This document shows, one piece after another, positions 62,804-64,000 of a stretch of DNA of 64,000 nt. The stretch lies in assembly GCA_013239625.1 (NCBI GenBank), contig MU053810.1, positions 4,062,071 to 4,126,070 of the forward strand, in the 5' to 3' direction. The position numbers and the translations under genes were made by a program. Within the stretch, counting starts at the first letter, position 1. Each line of letters begins with the position of its first letter. Below the pieces are notes generated by a model. That model was not told the origin of the DNA and did not search any database. It saw only the letters and a list, made by a program, of their open reading frames with translations. This DNA comes from Lama guanicoe (Eukaryota).

Positions 62804-63308
62804 TGTGAGGGTTAATTTTATGTGTCAATTTGAGTGGACCACAGGTGCCCAGATTAGACACTGTTTCTGGGTGTGTCTGTGAGGGTGTTTCTAGTTGGAC
62901 TTCAGTGGATTCACTAAAGCAGATGGCCTTCCCCAAGTCACTGGGCATCACCTACTCTGCTGAAGAACTGAATAGAACAAAAGGCAGAAGAAGGAGGAAT
63001 TTGTCTCTTTCTCTCTCTCTCTCTCTTTTTTTTTTAAAACCCCGTCTCACTGATTGAACTGGGATATCACATTTCATCTTCTCCTGCCCTCTGACTAGTA
63101 TTCACATCATTGGCTCCCCTGATTCTCAGGCCTTGGATTTGAACTGAATTACACTACTGGCTTTCCTAGGTCTCCAGCTTGCAGACATCAGATTTGTGGG
63201 ACTTACTAGCCTTAATAATAGCATGAGCCAATTCTCTCTGTCTCTGTCTCTGTCTCTGTCTCTGATCTCGTATTGGTTCTGTATCTCTGGACAACCCTCA
63301 CTACTACA
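62804..63308 (+). mobile_element. ERVL MLT2-family solo LTR
   Basis: tgtgagggttaattttatgtgtcaa...ctgaatagaacaaaagg...tctccagcttgcagac...tattggttctgtatctctgga...ctactaca. Flanks ttaac / ctaac. Confidence 0.88.
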
Positions 63309-64000
63309 CTAACACTTTTTAATTCATTGACACCTTGGGAGAATCTAATAAAAGCAATAAAACGTCTCCCAGTAAAATGTACTTTATCGTGGAAACAATT
63401 TAAGCATGTTTTAGAACTCCAGAATCCCATCTCTAAAAATCCAGCCTAATGTCCCTATCTCACTTAGATGATGCCTGAAACTAGATGCCCATTTCCTTAT
63501 CCATCGAGTTGCTGCCTCTGAAGCCCGTGCCTGAGCCCAGGAGACTAGGAAATTGTCGTGTCCTTTCCCAAAGAAGCAGGAAATACCAGCAGTAAAGCGC
63601 AATGCTGGACTCTGCAGGCTTGGCTGTTCAAAAGTTACTTGGAAACTTAGAGGTACAGACACAAGAATATAATTCAAAATCAGAGCAGAGTCCCGACAAT
63701 GCCACCCCATAAATGTTATATACAAGTGCCATGGGATGATTTGCTTCAGTCTGGTTACCAGAACCAATCTTAGCAGCAGAGCAGATGGTGTTAGGTTGGC
63801 TCCCCTGCACCTGGGAAAGGATGGATGGACCCTGCTGGAGCCACTGTGCAAACAACCACGACGTCAACACCCGTTCTCCCTGGTTGTCCTGTGGCAATTC
63901 TAGGGTGTCAGCTGCAGAACCTCCCAACGTGTGACCCCACTAAGATGTCCCCGTCTCTAAAGCAGTGCGCACCATTTGTCAGGAATCTCAGTGACTGTAC

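Noticed and set aside
1..64000. CRISPR array, operon or other prokaryotic-type system; remaining short ORFs
   Set aside because: No regularly spaced repeat-spacer structure. The sequence is mammalian repeat-rich DNA and the other ORFs are short with no recognisable domains.

Overview
This is AT-rich mammalian non-coding (intronic or intergenic) DNA dense in interspersed repeats. It is most likely from a camelid, because it contains tRNA-derived SINEs resembling the camelid Vic-1 family. The only recognisable protein-coding homology is an intronless retrocopy of PLA2G12A (group XIIA secreted phospholipase A2) at about 12141-13251 (+), inserted into an old L1. Two frameshifts in the copy cancel each other. 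The parental ATG therefore opens a 182-codon ORF with a novel N-terminus lacking a signal peptide, fused to a nearly intact PLA2 domain. A CpG-rich region at about 22.9-24.2 kb holds a candidate minus-strand first exon. The interval 23.9-29.3 kb has three duplications around a 670-N gap, which look like haplotype or gap-filling assembly artefacts. The rest is MIR, L1, L2, MLT, MER21, LTR16 and Tigger relics, an unassigned solo LTR and microsatellites. I found no prokaryotic-type system and could not identify the host locus. Repeat family names come from recalled consensus sequences, and the boundaries of old repeats are approximate.
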